50,960 bases of DNA from Bacillota bacterium (GCA_050260815.1 JBLNCQ010000069.1:1-50960); one strand, 5' to 3'. Counted from the stretch's first letter, positions 26,089 through 35,957 are shown. Program-made: numbers and translations. Notes: generated by a model from the sequence alone, not told the origin.

Positions 26089-27240
26089 TTGCGCGTGCTC
26101 TTTCTCACAGCCTCCTTCGGCACCGGGCACACCCGTGCGGCCCGGGCCGTTCAGCACGCCCTGCTGGACCGCGAACCCAACGCCGTCACCCTGCTGGTGG
26201 ATCCCCTGGCGGCAGCGCGGCCGATCCTGAGCCGCATGGTCTCCCAGGCCTACTTGAACGTGCTGAAGGTCACGCCCTGGGCCTTCCGCTACCTGTACAC
26301 CGGCGCGGAGCACCCCCGCCTGGCCCGGGTGGGGCGGACCGAGGTGGGCCGGCTGCTGTTCCTGGCCATGTCCCAGCAGGTGGAGGCCCTGGTGCAGCAG
26401 TTGAACCCGGACGCCGTGGTCTGCACGCATCCCTTTCCGCTGAGCGTGGCCGGTTCGCTTCGAGCACGGGGCAAGCTGGGAGACGCCGTCCTGGGGGTCA
26501 TCATTACCGATTTCCACGCCCACCCCTTTTATGTAACGCCCGGTACCGACTTTTACGCCGTGGGTGCGCCCGGCCTGCTGCCCGACCTGCTCTCTGCCGG
26601 CGCCACGTCGGAGGAGGCGGTGGTTACGGGCATTCCCATCGACGCCGGGTTCGGGCAGCCTGTGGACCGATCCCAGGTGCTGACGCGCCTGGGCCTTAGC
26701 GAGGACCGCCTGACCGTTCTGGTGATGGGAGGCGGCCTGGGCCTGGGGCCCGTGATGGACGCCGTGGAGGCCATTGAGATGGTTGGCTCCGGCGTGCAGG
26801 TCATCGCCGTGGCCGGCCGCAACCGGCGCCTGCGCCGCGAACTGCAGCGGCATCGTCCGCCTGCGGGCTTCCCCCTGGTGACGCTGGGCTATACCCGGCG
26901 CGTGCCGGAGCTGATGGGTGCCGCCGACCTGCTGGTCAGCAAGCCCGGCGGGCTCACCTCTGCGGAAGCCCTGGCCGCCCGCCTGCCCATGTGCTGCGTG
27001 GCCCCTCTGCCCGGACAGGAGGAGCGCAACCTGGACTTCCTGCGCCGTGAGGGCGTGCTGGTGGCGGCCAACGAGGCAGCGGACCTGACGCGTGAGATCA
27101 GGTCGCTGCGCGACCACCGCTCGCGGCTTGACGCCATGCGCCGCGCCGCGGCTGGCCTGGCGCGGCCCGAGGCCGCCCACGCCGTGGCCGACCTGATCAT
27201 CGCGCGCGTGGCCGGCCGCCGCCGCACCCGGCCCGCCTGA
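26089..27240 (+). CDS. MGDG synthase / UgtP-like diacylglycerol glycosyltransferase (GT28)
   Basis: ASFGTGHTRAA, VVCTHPFP, ITDF, TGIPI, MGGGLGLG, KPGGLTSAEA, PGQEERN. Confidence 0.9.
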   Translation: MRVLFLTASFGTGHTRAARAVQHALLDREPNAVTLLVDPLAAARPILSRMVSQAYLNVLKVTPWAFRYLYTGAEHPRLARVGRTEVGRLLFLAMSQQVEALVQQLNPDAVVCTHPFPLSVAGSLRARGKLGDAVLGVIITDFHAHPFYVTPGTDFYAVGAPGLLPDLLSAGATSEEAVVTGIPIDAGFGQPVDRSQVLTRLGLSEDRLTVLVMGGGLGLGPVMDAVEAIEMVGSGVQVIAVAGRNRRLRRELQRHRPPAGFPLVTLGYTRRVPELMGAADLLVSKPGGLTSAEALAARLPMCCVAPLPGQEERNLDFLRREGVLVAANEAADLTREIRSLRDHRSRLDAMRRAAAGLARPEAAHAVADLIIARVAGRRRTRPA

Positions 27241-27285
27241 TTCGCCGGGCACAACTCCACCCACGAAGATCTTCCGGCCGTCCGG

Positions 27286-27314
27286 TGAAGGGATTGGAGC
27301 CGGGCCGGCGTCTA
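27286..27314 (+). promoter_or_regulatory. Putative ECF-type autoregulatory promoter
   Basis: TGAAGG-N17-CGTCTA upstream of the ECF sigma gene. Confidence 0.4.
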
Positions 27315-27354
27315 ACCTATCAGCAGGCCAGGGCGGGAGGGGGGAGCGGCGCGG

Positions 27355-27984
27355 ATGACCGACGAGGAACTGGTGCAGCGGTGTCTGCACGGTGACGCCG
27401 GTGCCTTCACCCTCCTGGTTCACCGATACAGGGGACCGGTCTACAACCTGGCCGCCAAGATGGTCCAGAACCCGGCCGACGCCGAGGACGTGGCGCAGGA
27501 GACCTTTCTTCAGGTTTACCGGGCCCTGCCGGGCTTCCGCCGGGAGGCCCGGTTTGCCACCTGGATCTACCGGATCGCCGCCAACCGGGCCCTGGATTGC
27601 CTGCGGCGGCGACAGAACCCCGCGCGGCAGACGGTGCCCTTGGACCAGGACGACGACGAGGCGGGCCGCAGCCTCCTGGCCCGGTTGCCCTGCCGTGACC
27701 CCAGCCCGGAGGACCAGGTCCTGCGGTCCGAAAGTCAGGCCCGGCTGAAACAGGCACTGGAGGCGCTCCCCGACCACTACCGCGTGGTGCTGGTGCTGTA
27801 CCACTTCCAGGGGCTGTCCTACCGCGAGATCGGCGAGATCCTGGACCTGCCCGTGCGGACCGTGGAAACCCGCCTCTACCGGGCCAAGCATAGTCTCAAG
27901 GAGTTCCTGCTGCAAGCCGAGGGAGGAGGTGCCGAGCGTGCGCTGTCAGGAAGCCGAAGTGCAGTTGCTTCTCTGCCGCAGTGA
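27355..27984 (+). CDS. ECF sigma-70 factor (SigW-like)
   Basis: DAEDVAQETFL, FATWIYRIAAN, GLSYREIGEILDLPVRTVETRLYRAK. Confidence 0.93.
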   Translation: MTDEELVQRCLHGDAGAFTLLVHRYRGPVYNLAAKMVQNPADAEDVAQETFLQVYRALPGFRREARFATWIYRIAANRALDCLRRRQNPARQTVPLDQDDDEAGRSLLARLPCRDPSPEDQVLRSESQARLKQALEALPDHYRVVLVLYHFQGLSYREIGEILDLPVRTVETRLYRAKHSLKEFLLQAEGGGAERALSGSRSAVASLPQ

Positions 27985-28426
27985 CGACGACCTGGCGGCG
28001 AGGCCGGCCCTGGGCCGCCATGTGGCGCAGTGCCCGCGGTGCCGCGCCGCCTGGGAGGAGGCGCGGGCTCTCAACCAGCTCCTGGCGGACCTTCCCGCCG
28101 ATGTGCCGGATGAGGGCTTTGCCTGGCGCGTGCTGGACCGGGTCAGGCAGGAGGAACCCCTGCGGCCGGCCGTCCAGGGTAGCGCAGACCGGCGCCGCTT
28201 CAGCCCGGCCGCGATTGTCCCCCGCCTGACGGACTGGGCCCTGGCCATGGCCACCACGTTTGCGGTCTTCACCCTGGGCTTTTCCCTGGCCCTGAACAGC
28301 CGCGTGGATCTGACGGCGCAGGCGGGGCCCGGCGCCCTCAACGCCGTTTCGTCCTGGTTTCCCCGCCTGGGCTGGCTCATGGTCGACTACGCCCAGCAGA
28401 TCGTCGCCCTGCTGGGAGCTTCCTAG
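27938..28426 (+). CDS. Zinc-binding anti-sigma factor (ZAS) with TM helix
   Basis: HVAQCPRC (HxxxCxxC) followed by a hydrophobic segment; overlaps the sigma gene; SD GGAGGAGG. Confidence 0.82.
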   Translation: MRCQEAEVQLLLCRSDDDLAARPALGRHVAQCPRCRAAWEEARALNQLLADLPADVPDEGFAWRVLDRVRQEEPLRPAVQGSADRRRFSPAAIVPRLTDWALAMATTFAVFTLGFSLALNSRVDLTAQAGPGALNAVSSWFPRLGWLMVDYAQQIVALLGAS

Positions 28427-28485
28427 GCCGTCAGCGCACCGCGAACCCGGAAGGGCCGCTTGATCTTAGGTAGGAGGTATGTACC

Positions 28486-29229
28486 GTGAATTGCGTCAAT
28501 CACCCCGACCGGGAGGCGGCCGACCCGTGCGCCCTCTGCGGCCAGCCCCTGTGCGAGGAATGCGCCGTCTCGCTGCCGGGCGGCAGTTACTGCCGGGACT
28601 GCCTGCAAGAGGCGGTGGCACAAGAGACCGCGTCTCCCAGCGATGCGGGTGCTGCCGCCGGTCCGGTGGCGGCCTCCGCCCTGGACGGCGGCGATCAGGC
28701 CCCGCCGCGGCGGGTGTCCCCCAAGAGCCCCTTCCTGGCCTTCGTGCTGTCCCTGGTGCCGGGCGTGGGGCACATGTACCTGGAGCTGATGCGGCGCGGC
28801 CTGTCCTTCACCGTCATCTTCTTCGGCGCCGTGACTCTCTCCGTGGTGCTGCAGACCGGGGAGCTAATGGCCTTCCTGGGGCCGGTGATCTACTTCTACA
28901 GCATCTTTGACGCCATGCAGCACCGCCGTCGCATCAACGCCGGGGAGCCGGTGGCCGATCGTCCCGTGGCCACCTGGCGCCAGGTGGAGTCGTGGCTGCG
29001 CCTCCGGCCCGGCCAGACGCAGACGCTTGTGGCCTACCTGCTGATTCTGTTCGGCGCCCTCAAACTGCTGCAGAACCTGACTCCCTGGTACCGGATCTTC
29101 CCCTATAATCCCATCTCCAGCCTCTCCCCGCTGCTCATTGTGGGCATTGGGCTCTGGCTGCTCCTGGCCGGGCGAGAGCGGACCAGTGACGGCGCCCCGC
29201 CTCCCGGCAAGGAATCGAGCGCTTCCTAG
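28486..29229 (+). CDS. B-box zinc finger membrane protein with TM2-like and LiaF-like TM segments
   Basis: CVNHP..CALCGQPLCEEC..YCRDC; KSPFLAFVLSLVPGVGHMYL; C-terminal LILFG..PLLIVGIGLWLL. Confidence 0.8.
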   Translation: MNCVNHPDREAADPCALCGQPLCEECAVSLPGGSYCRDCLQEAVAQETASPSDAGAAAGPVAASALDGGDQAPPRRVSPKSPFLAFVLSLVPGVGHMYLELMRRGLSFTVIFFGAVTLSVVLQTGELMAFLGPVIYFYSIFDAMQHRRRINAGEPVADRPVATWRQVESWLRLRPGQTQTLVAYLLILFGALKLLQNLTPWYRIFPYNPISSLSPLLIVGIGLWLLLAGRERTSDGAPPPGKESSAS

Positions 29230-29363
29230 AGTCACGGCTGACCGGCCGGTGCACGGGCGAGAATCCGTCACCCGCCGGTCAGACTTTTTTGGCGGCCCGG
29301 GCGTAGACCTGACAGACGGCAGCCGCACGGCGGCTGCGTTCCCAACTTTCAGGAGTGATAAGC

Positions 29364-29882
29364 ATGCAAAAGCGCCTCTACCGTTCCCGCAGCGAACGGG
29401 TCATCGCCGGCGTGTGCGGCGGCCTGGCCCAGTACTTTGCCGTGGATCCCACCCTGGTGCGCATCATCTGGGTGCTGCTGGCCCTGTCCGGCACCGGCAT
29501 ACTGCTTTACCTGATTGCCCTGCTGGTCATCCCCGAGGAGCCGCGAGCCCTGGCGGAGCAGCCGCGGGTTCTGGCGGATGAGCCGCGGGCCGCCGCGGAG
29601 CAGGCGGCAGGTAGGGAGGAGCGCCCCGCCGATGCGCCGGAGGCCCCTTCGGCCACCGGCCAGGCCGGCCCCGCCCCCACCAACCCCGCGCCCACCTCAG
29701 AGCCAGCCAGCCCCGAGAGCCGCATGTGGGCGGGTCTCATCCTGGTGGCAGTGGGCCTGTACTTCCTGGGCCGCAACCTGTTCCCGCACCTGTTCTTCCT
29801 GCAGGGCCGGTACCTGTGGCCTCTCCTGCTGGTTCTGGTGGGCGCCGTGGTGCTGGCGGGCGGATTACGGAGGAGGGGCTAG
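29364..29882 (+). CDS. PspC domain protein with C-terminal DUF5668-like TM hairpin
   Basis: KRLYRSRSERVIAGVCGGLAQYFAVDPTLVRI; LYLIALLVIPEE. Confidence 0.92.
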   Translation: MQKRLYRSRSERVIAGVCGGLAQYFAVDPTLVRIIWVLLALSGTGILLYLIALLVIPEEPRALAEQPRVLADEPRAAAEQAAGREERPADAPEAPSATGQAGPAPTNPAPTSEPASPESRMWAGLILVAVGLYFLGRNLFPHLFFLQGRYLWPLLLVLVGAVVLAGGLRRRG

Positions 29883-29883
29883 G

Positions 29884-30810
29884 ATGAACCTGGATTGGCG
29901 AAGCGTCAGCCGGGGACTCCTCCTCATCACCCTGGGCGTCGTCTTTCTGCTCATCAACCTGGGGATGCTGCCGTGGACCTTCTGGCTGGACCTGGGCTAC
30001 TGGTGGCCGGTTCTGCTGGTCGTCCTGGGACTGGGCGTGCTGGTCCGGGGCCGTGTGCCGTTCTCCTTCGTGCTGCTGGTGACGCTGTTGGTGGTCCTGG
30101 CTTTGAGCCTCACCGGTTGGGGCACCAGCCTTCAGACCCGCTTCACCACGTCAGGCCCGGTGACCCGCTTTGTGGAGAGTTACGCGCTGCCGGCGGGAAC
30201 GTCCAGCGCCCGGGTTGAGGTGAACGCCGGCGCGGTCAACCTGAACCTGGATGGCGCCGCTTCCGGGCTGGCCGACGTGGACCTGACCCACCCCACCGCC
30301 TGGGGCGCGGGGCTGAACGTCCGGTCAGACTCTGGAAGCAGCGGCAGGGTGACGTTTCGGATTGAGCAGTCGGGGTGGAGCGGCTTTGCCGCTCCCGGCA
30401 CCGGAACCCGGATCAACAACTGGACCGTTCACCTCACCAACCAGGTTCCGGTGGACCTGAGGGTCAATGCGGGTGCGGTCAAGGGCGAGCTGGACCTCTC
30501 CCAGATCCGCCTGAAAGCTCTTGACCTCAACGGCGGAGCCGGCGACGTGCGCGTCCGGTTCGGCCGGCCGGAGGGCAAGGTGCCGGTGTCCGTGGACGCG
30601 GCCGCGTCCCACGTGGTGCTGGCGGTGCCCAGCGGCGTCCCGGTTCGGGTGGAAACCAAGGGTGTGCTGGGCAGCACGCAGGGCCTGTCCGACCTGACCG
30701 AAGGGGCAGGAGACGGCGCCGTGGCCACACCGGGCTACAGCGCCTCCGATAGCGGTCTGGACATTGCCATTCACGGAGCTCTATCCAACGTGCGCCTGGA
30801 GCGGTACTGA
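29884..30810 (+). CDS. LiaF-like membrane protein (DUF5668 TM plus beta-solenoid/toast-rack domain)
   Basis: GLLLITLGVVFLLINLG..WWPVLLVVLGL; repeated V.AGA..LDL motifs. Confidence 0.82.
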   Translation: MNLDWRSVSRGLLLITLGVVFLLINLGMLPWTFWLDLGYWWPVLLVVLGLGVLVRGRVPFSFVLLVTLLVVLALSLTGWGTSLQTRFTTSGPVTRFVESYALPAGTSSARVEVNAGAVNLNLDGAASGLADVDLTHPTAWGAGLNVRSDSGSSGRVTFRIEQSGWSGFAAPGTGTRINNWTVHLTNQVPVDLRVNAGAVKGELDLSQIRLKALDLNGGAGDVRVRFGRPEGKVPVSVDAAASHVVLAVPSGVPVRVETKGVLGSTQGLSDLTEGAGDGAVATPGYSASDSGLDIAIHGALSNVRLERY

Positions 30811-30969
30811 TCAGCGATGCCGCAGGGCCCGCCGGACCCAGCGCCGGGGCAGAAGTCCCAGCACCAGGGCGGCTGCCAGCATGGCCGCGGCGGCTGAGGG
30901 CGAGCCGGCCACCGTCAGCAGGCTGACCGTCAGCGACACGGCCAGCAGCGCAAGGCGTAGGGGATGCAC
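30811..30969 (-). CDS. Small 2-TM membrane protein (52 aa)
   Basis: SD AAGGAG then GTG at 30969; two hydrophobic segments and an Arg-rich tail; CATACGCT upstream. Confidence 0.5.
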   Translation of the reverse strand: MHPLRLALLAVSLTVSLLTVAGSPSAAAAMLAAALVLGLLPRRWVRRALRHR

Positions 30970-31019
30970 GTTCAGTCTCCTTCTTCCGTCGCGTTCCAAC
31001 GTAGCGTATGCAGAGAAGA

Positions 31020-31044
31020 AGCCCGTGCCATTCCGGCACGGGCT
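31020..31044 (-). terminator. Terminator of the NlpC/P60 gene
   Basis: AGCCCGTGCC/GGCACGGGCT stem followed on the minus strand by TCTTCTCT. Confidence 0.6.
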
Positions 31045-31089
31045 ATTGCTCTCTTCCGTCTATTCGGCGGAGCCGCTCCAAGCGGAAAC

Positions 31090-32025
31090 CTAGCCGCCGG
31101 TTCCAACGTCAAAGATGCGACGGGCGCCAAGGTAGCGGCGAGCGTAGTAGGCGGAGTCCAGGTCGGTGATGCGCACCCGGCCGCCGGTGGAGTTGGCATG
31201 GATGAACTGACCGTTGCCCAGATAGATGCCGGCATGGGACGCGCCGCGTGCGTAGGTGGTGAAGAACACCAGGTCGCCGGCGCGCAACTGGTCGCGCGGG
31301 ACGGGCTTGCCCACGGTGAACATCTCAAAGGAGGTGCGGGGAAGCTCCACATCCATGGAGCGGGCCACGTAGGAGATAAAGCCGGAGCAGTCAAACCCGG
31401 TCTGGGGACTTGTCCCGCCCCAACGGTAGCGGACGCCCAGGAGGGAGCGGGCCAGGTCGACCACCTTCTGCAGGGCGGCCGGCAGCCGCTGACTGCGGCT
31501 CACCGTTCCCGGGGGCAGCCCCGTCTCTACGCGAGCCGTCTGGCCGTCCCACGTCACCTTGCCGCCCAGGGACTCGGCCACAAAGGAGAGCGGCGCAAAC
31601 GTGCGGTCGCCCACGTACTCCGGAGCGGCGGGAAGCTCCACGGCGGTGGAACCGACGAATGCCTGCGACTGCCCCACCACCAGCCCGGCGCGAAGGCTCT
31701 CGCGGCTGGCGCGGACCGTCCGGGTTTCGGCATCATAGGTCACCGTGGCACCCAGCAGTTCCCAAACCTCACGGACCGGCACCCAGACCTGACCGCCCCG
31801 GGCGAACGGAGCGGGGTCGGTCTTCAGTTCAACGTCATCCAGCCAGACCTGCGCGGGCCTCTGCTGGACGTCGGCCGAATCGGCCGTGGGCAGAGCCAAT
31901 GGGGCCGACAAGGCTTCAGCCGGTCCGCCCGTGACGGCCATCTGCGGGCCCTCGGCCAGGGCGGCCAGGGGCGTCAACAGAAGCAGCGCCCCGGCACAGA
32001 TGGCTATCGACAAGCTTTTCCTCAT
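31090..32025 (-). CDS. Secreted NlpC/P60 peptidoglycan endopeptidase with copper-amine-oxidase-N (stalk) domain
   Basis: Signal peptide; VWVPVREVWELLG and FAPLSFVAESLGGKVTWD; YRWGG..GFDCSGF, HAGIYLGNGQFIHA. Confidence 0.92.
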   Translation of the reverse strand: MRKSLSIAICAGALLLLTPLAALAEGPQMAVTGGPAEALSAPLALPTADSADVQQRPAQVWLDDVELKTDPAPFARGGQVWVPVREVWELLGATVTYDAETRTVRASRESLRAGLVVGQSQAFVGSTAVELPAAPEYVGDRTFAPLSFVAESLGGKVTWDGQTARVETGLPPGTVSRSQRLPAALQKVVDLARSLLGVRYRWGGTSPQTGFDCSGFISYVARSMDVELPRTSFEMFTVGKPVPRDQLRAGDLVFFTTYARGASHAGIYLGNGQFIHANSTGGRVRITDLDSAYYARRYLGARRIFDVGTGG

Positions 32026-32173
32026 TTTCTACCTCCGACTGGTGTACCCTTAGAATTACGTTATGCAATCCGCTTTATCCTTCCCGAACCAGGGCCGGGG
32101 GAGCTCTGGAGCACCTTCTATATATTTCTTGGAACCCTGCTTGGTTACGGGGGTCTGAAGGGAGGTCGCCGCC

Positions 32174-33352
32174 ATGCGTCGCGGTCTGTCGGGATGGGTC
32201 GCCCTGCTCGTTTCCCTGGCGACGCTGTCGGGCTGCGCCGCGTACGAGGGGCCTCGGGCCGCGCCGGCGTCCGGCGGAAATGCTGCGGGGCCGCGGGTCA
32301 TTGCCGCCTCGCCGGCGCCTTCGCCAGGGCAGCTGCCTCCGCCCGCGCCTCCGGCCTCGTCCGAGAGTGAGCCGACGGCCACGCTGGTCTTCGTCGGCGA
32401 TATCCTGCTGGCCGACCGCATCGGTGACCTGATCCGGCGCGACGGCCCCGACGCCCCCTGGGGCGACATGGGGTCGGTCCTGGCCGCAGCCGACTTCGCC
32501 GCGGGCAATCTGGAGACGTCCGTCGGCACCGCCGGAACGGCGCAGCCGGGGAAGCAGTACACCTTTCAGGCCGCGCCCGACGCCCTGCGCGGGGTGGTGA
32601 ATGCCGGCCTGGACGCGGTGGGGCTGGGCAACAACCACGTGCTGGACTATGGTCCGGATGGCCTGAAGCAGACCCTGGCGGCCCTGGACCAGGCCGGGAT
32701 CCCGCATACCGGGGCGGGCCTGGATGAGGCGGAGGCGTTCAGCCCCGTTCTCGCCGACGTCAGGGGGCTGACCGTGGGCTTCCTCAGCTTTTCCCGCGTG
32801 GTTCCGGAAGGTTGGGCGGCGGGGCCCCGGCGCCCCGGCATCGCCTCGGCCTACGATGAGGCGTCGATGCTGAGAGTGGTGCAGGATACCGCGGCGCGCT
32901 GCGACGTGCTGGCGGTGTCCGTCCACTGGGGCGAGGAGAGCCGGCAGGCGCCGCCGCCGGCGGTGGAAAAGCTGGCACGGCGGCTGGTGGAGGCCGGAGC
33001 GGACGTGGTGGTGGGCCACCACCCCCACGTCTGGCAGGGGCTCACCGCCTACCGGGGAGCGCTCATCGCCTACAGCGTGGGCAACTTTGTCTTCACCACG
33101 TCCAACCCGCTGGGGGTTCAGACCGGCGTACTGCAGGTCCAGGTGAACCGGCAGGGGGTGGTGGGAGGCCGCATTGTGCCTGCCGTCATTGACTGGGGAC
33201 GAACGGTTGCGGCCGACCCCGATCAGGCCGAGGCGTTCTTCCAGCGCATCCGGGCCCTCTCCGACCTGCCGCTGGACCGCGCCGGCGCGTTTCGGCTGAC
33301 GGAACCGCGCCGCGGCCTGGAGGGTCCGCTGCCGCCGACTGCGGCGCCCTAG
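32174..33352 (+). CDS. CapA/PGA_cap family metallophosphoesterase lipoprotein
   Basis: Lipobox LSGC; FVGD, GNLE, GNNHVLDYG, VHWGEE, GHHPHV, YSVGNF. Confidence 0.9.
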   Translation: MRRGLSGWVALLVSLATLSGCAAYEGPRAAPASGGNAAGPRVIAASPAPSPGQLPPPAPPASSESEPTATLVFVGDILLADRIGDLIRRDGPDAPWGDMGSVLAAADFAAGNLETSVGTAGTAQPGKQYTFQAAPDALRGVVNAGLDAVGLGNNHVLDYGPDGLKQTLAALDQAGIPHTGAGLDEAEAFSPVLADVRGLTVGFLSFSRVVPEGWAAGPRRPGIASAYDEASMLRVVQDTAARCDVLAVSVHWGEESRQAPPPAVEKLARRLVEAGADVVVGHHPHVWQGLTAYRGALIAYSVGNFVFTTSNPLGVQTGVLQVQVNRQGVVGGRIVPAVIDWGRTVAADPDQAEAFFQRIRALSDLPLDRAGAFRLTEPRRGLEGPLPPTAAP

Positions 33353-33494
33353 CGAACCTCTGCCGGCCATCCCGTGCTCGGGGCTTGCCCGCGGCGGAGG
33401 GGGCAGACTACAATAGGTCTGGACTTGCGGCTCTCTTTCCGTGAACCTGTGCAGCCGTGCGCCCGAGCCGCCGGGTCCGGAAGGAGTGCTGGGT

Positions 33495-34481
33495 GTGGAG
33501 AAGGACTTGCTGGTCGGCATTGACCTTGGCGGCACCAAGGTGGCCGCCGGAGTCGTGGACCAGAAGGGGCAGATCCTCGCCAAGGCTTCCCGCGACACGC
33601 GGCCCGAACGGGGCCCCGCCGCAGTGGTGGCAAGCATCAGCGAGGCCGCGGAGGCCGCGCTGGCCCAGGTCAAGGATGGGCCCAAGCGGTTGGCGGGAAT
33701 AGGCCTTGGTGTGCCGGGACTGGCGGACGTGGATTCGGGCGTAGTGCTCTTTGCACCCAACCTTCGTTGGGACAACGTGCCCGTGGCCGCCATGCTGCGG
33801 CAGTACCGCGAGGCTCCCGTCTACGTAGACAATGACGCCAATGCCGCTGCTCTGGGCGAACAGTGGGTGGGCGCCGCCCGCGGCGTCAAGGACATGATCC
33901 TGCTGACCCTGGGCACTGGCGTGGGCAGCGGCCTCATTTTCGACGGACGCATCTACCAGGGCGCCGCCGGTTACGCCGGCGAGGTCGGGCACATCACCAT
34001 GGATGAGAACGGCCCCCTCTGCGGCTGCGGCCGGCGCGGCTGCCTGGAGACCTACGCCTCGGCCACGGCGGTCATCCGTCAGGCGCGCGAGGCCATCGAA
34101 TCCGGCCGCGAAACCTCTATCAAGGCCCTGGCGGACGCATCACCCAAGGGGCTGGAGGCACGCACCGTCTTCATGGCGGCGGCCCAGGGCGACGCCGTGG
34201 CGCAGGTGATTGTGGACACACTGGTCCACTACCTGGGCCTGTCCATCGCCAACCTGGTCAACATCCTCAACCCGGAGATGGTGGTCATTGGCGGCGGGGT
34301 CGCGGCCGCCGGCGACCAGCTGCTGGTTCCCCTGCGCCGCGAGGTGCACCAGCGGGCCCTGCCCGGGCCGGCCAGGAGCGTGGCCATCATCGGCGCGCAA
34401 CTGGGCAACGATGCGGGCATCATTGGGGCAGCGTCGCTGGTGCTCCGGGGCCGTTCGCCCAAGTTCCAGCTGAGCGTCTAG
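33495..34481 (+). CDS. glcK: ROK family glucokinase
   Basis: GIDLGGTK, DNDANAAALGE, GTGVGSG, GEVGH, CGCGRRGCLE; SD GAAGGAG; promoter TTGCCC-N18-TACAAT at 33385-33414. Confidence 0.88.
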   Translation: MEKDLLVGIDLGGTKVAAGVVDQKGQILAKASRDTRPERGPAAVVASISEAAEAALAQVKDGPKRLAGIGLGVPGLADVDSGVVLFAPNLRWDNVPVAAMLRQYREAPVYVDNDANAAALGEQWVGAARGVKDMILLTLGTGVGSGLIFDGRIYQGAAGYAGEVGHITMDENGPLCGCGRRGCLETYASATAVIRQAREAIESGRETSIKALADASPKGLEARTVFMAAAQGDAVAQVIVDTLVHYLGLSIANLVNILNPEMVVIGGGVAAAGDQLLVPLRREVHQRALPGPARSVAIIGAQLGNDAGIIGAASLVLRGRSPKFQLSV

Positions 34482-34498
34482 AAGGAGATGATCCTTGC

Positions 34499-35278
34499 GT
34501 GACGGATCTGAGCAAGGTCAGCGGGCTTCCCCTGGCCGTGGATGAACAGGGCCGAATTCACTTTTCCGGCGGGCTTCCGGCCGTGACGCCGACGGTGCGC
34601 CGCCTGGCCGACGTGCGGGATGTCCTGGCCGACCCGGATGCTTCCGGCCCCGAGGAACTCTACTACATGTACCGCGACGTCGGTTTCGAGGCCGAGAAGG
34701 CACTCTGGAAGCCGCGTTCCCTCCGCTATGACGTGACGGTCATCCCCCCGGGGCGCGTCGGCGACGAGTTTGTCAAGACCGCCGGCCACTATCACCCGCT
34801 GGTGCCGGGCCAGTCCGTGGCTTACCCGGAGGTCTACGAGGTGCTGCACGGCGTGGCCCACTACCTGCTGCAGCGCCGCAAGGGCGAGGGACTCGAGTTG
34901 GACGACGTCATCCTGGTGGAGGCCGGGACCGGCGACAAGGTCATCATGCCGCCGGGATACGGGCACATCACCATCAACGCGGGGCCCGAAGTCCTGGTCA
35001 TGGCCAACCTGGTGGAGGGCACCTTCGGCTCCATCTACGAACCCCTGCGCCAGACGCAGGGCGGCGCCTACTACGAGGTGCTGGAGGACGGCGAGGCCGT
35101 CTTTGAGGAGAACGAGGAGTACGGCGACGTGCCCGAACTGCGCATCTTCCCCGTTCGGCCGCGGCCCGAACTGGGGCTGGTCGCCGGCCTGCCGCTGTAC
35201 ACCGCAGCCAAGCAGAACCCGGACCAGTTCCTGTGGCTGGTGCGGCCCCAGGACTTCCCGGCCCTGCGGGAGGAGTAG
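34499..35278 (+). CDS. Cupin-type (archaeal-type) glucose-6-phosphate isomerase
   Basis: LYYMYRD, LRYDVTVI, KTAGHYH, PEVYEVLHG, PPGYGHITIN. Confidence 0.88.
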   Translation: MTDLSKVSGLPLAVDEQGRIHFSGGLPAVTPTVRRLADVRDVLADPDASGPEELYYMYRDVGFEAEKALWKPRSLRYDVTVIPPGRVGDEFVKTAGHYHPLVPGQSVAYPEVYEVLHGVAHYLLQRRKGEGLELDDVILVEAGTGDKVIMPPGYGHITINAGPEVLVMANLVEGTFGSIYEPLRQTQGGAYYEVLEDGEAVFEENEEYGDVPELRIFPVRPRPELGLVAGLPLYTAAKQNPDQFLWLVRPQDFPALREE

Positions 35279-35319
35279 CCGCCGTGCCGCAAGGCAACGC
35301 GTCCCCTGCAGAACGAAAG

Positions 35320-35348
35320 GCCCCGCTGCCGTGAAGAAGCAGCGGGGC
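35320..35348. terminator. Hairpin between convergent operons
   Basis: GCCCCGCTGC/GCAGCGGGGC stem. Confidence 0.55.
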
Positions 35349-35404
35349 TCTGCTCTGTTCGAAGCACTTTGGCGCCGCATCCAGGGAAGCTTCCTGCGGC
35401 GAGC

Positions 35405-35956
35405 CTACCGCGCTCGCGCCGGCGCGCCCTCCCGGGCCAGAGCCTGGCCGCGCCCGAGGGCCTCCATGTTCAGGGGAACCAGGGAGGCCTTCAGCACCTT
35501 GGGTAGGGAGTCAGCCAGAGACTGCATCGAGACCATGCCCGTCAGCTCCACCAGGGCGCCCAGGGCAATCATGCCGGCCACGCGGACGTTGCCCATCTCG
35601 TTGGCCAGGTCGGTCGCGGGAATCTCCAGAGCCGTGATGTCCTTGCGTTCAGCGGGCCTGCCCGACAATGAGGAGTTGACCACCAGGACTCCGCCCCGCC
35701 GCACCGCCGGCTCGAACTTTTCGAGGGAGGGCGCGTTCATGACAATGGCGGCGTCCGGCTCGGAGACGATGGGCGAGCCGATGTCCTCGCCCTGGGCCAG
35801 CACCACCGAACAGTTGGCGGCGCCGCCCCGCTGCTCGGGGCCGTAGGAGGGCATCCACGAGACCTGTTTGCCCTCGGCCATGCCGGCGTAGGTGAGCAGC
35901 TGGCCGAGGGACATGATGCCCTGGCCGCCGAAACCGGCAATCAGGACCTCCTGCAT
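35405..35956 (-). CDS. 2-oxoacid:ferredoxin oxidoreductase gamma subunit
   Basis: IAGFGGQG, SYGPEQRGG. Confidence 0.92.
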   Translation of the reverse strand: MQEVLIAGFGGQGIMSLGQLLTYAGMAEGKQVSWMPSYGPEQRGGAANCSVVLAQGEDIGSPIVSEPDAAIVMNAPSLEKFEPAVRRGGVLVVNSSLSGRPAERKDITALEIPATDLANEMGNVRVAGMIALGALVELTGMVSMQSLADSLPKVLKASLVPLNMEALGRGQALAREGAPARAR

Positions 35957-35957
35957 G

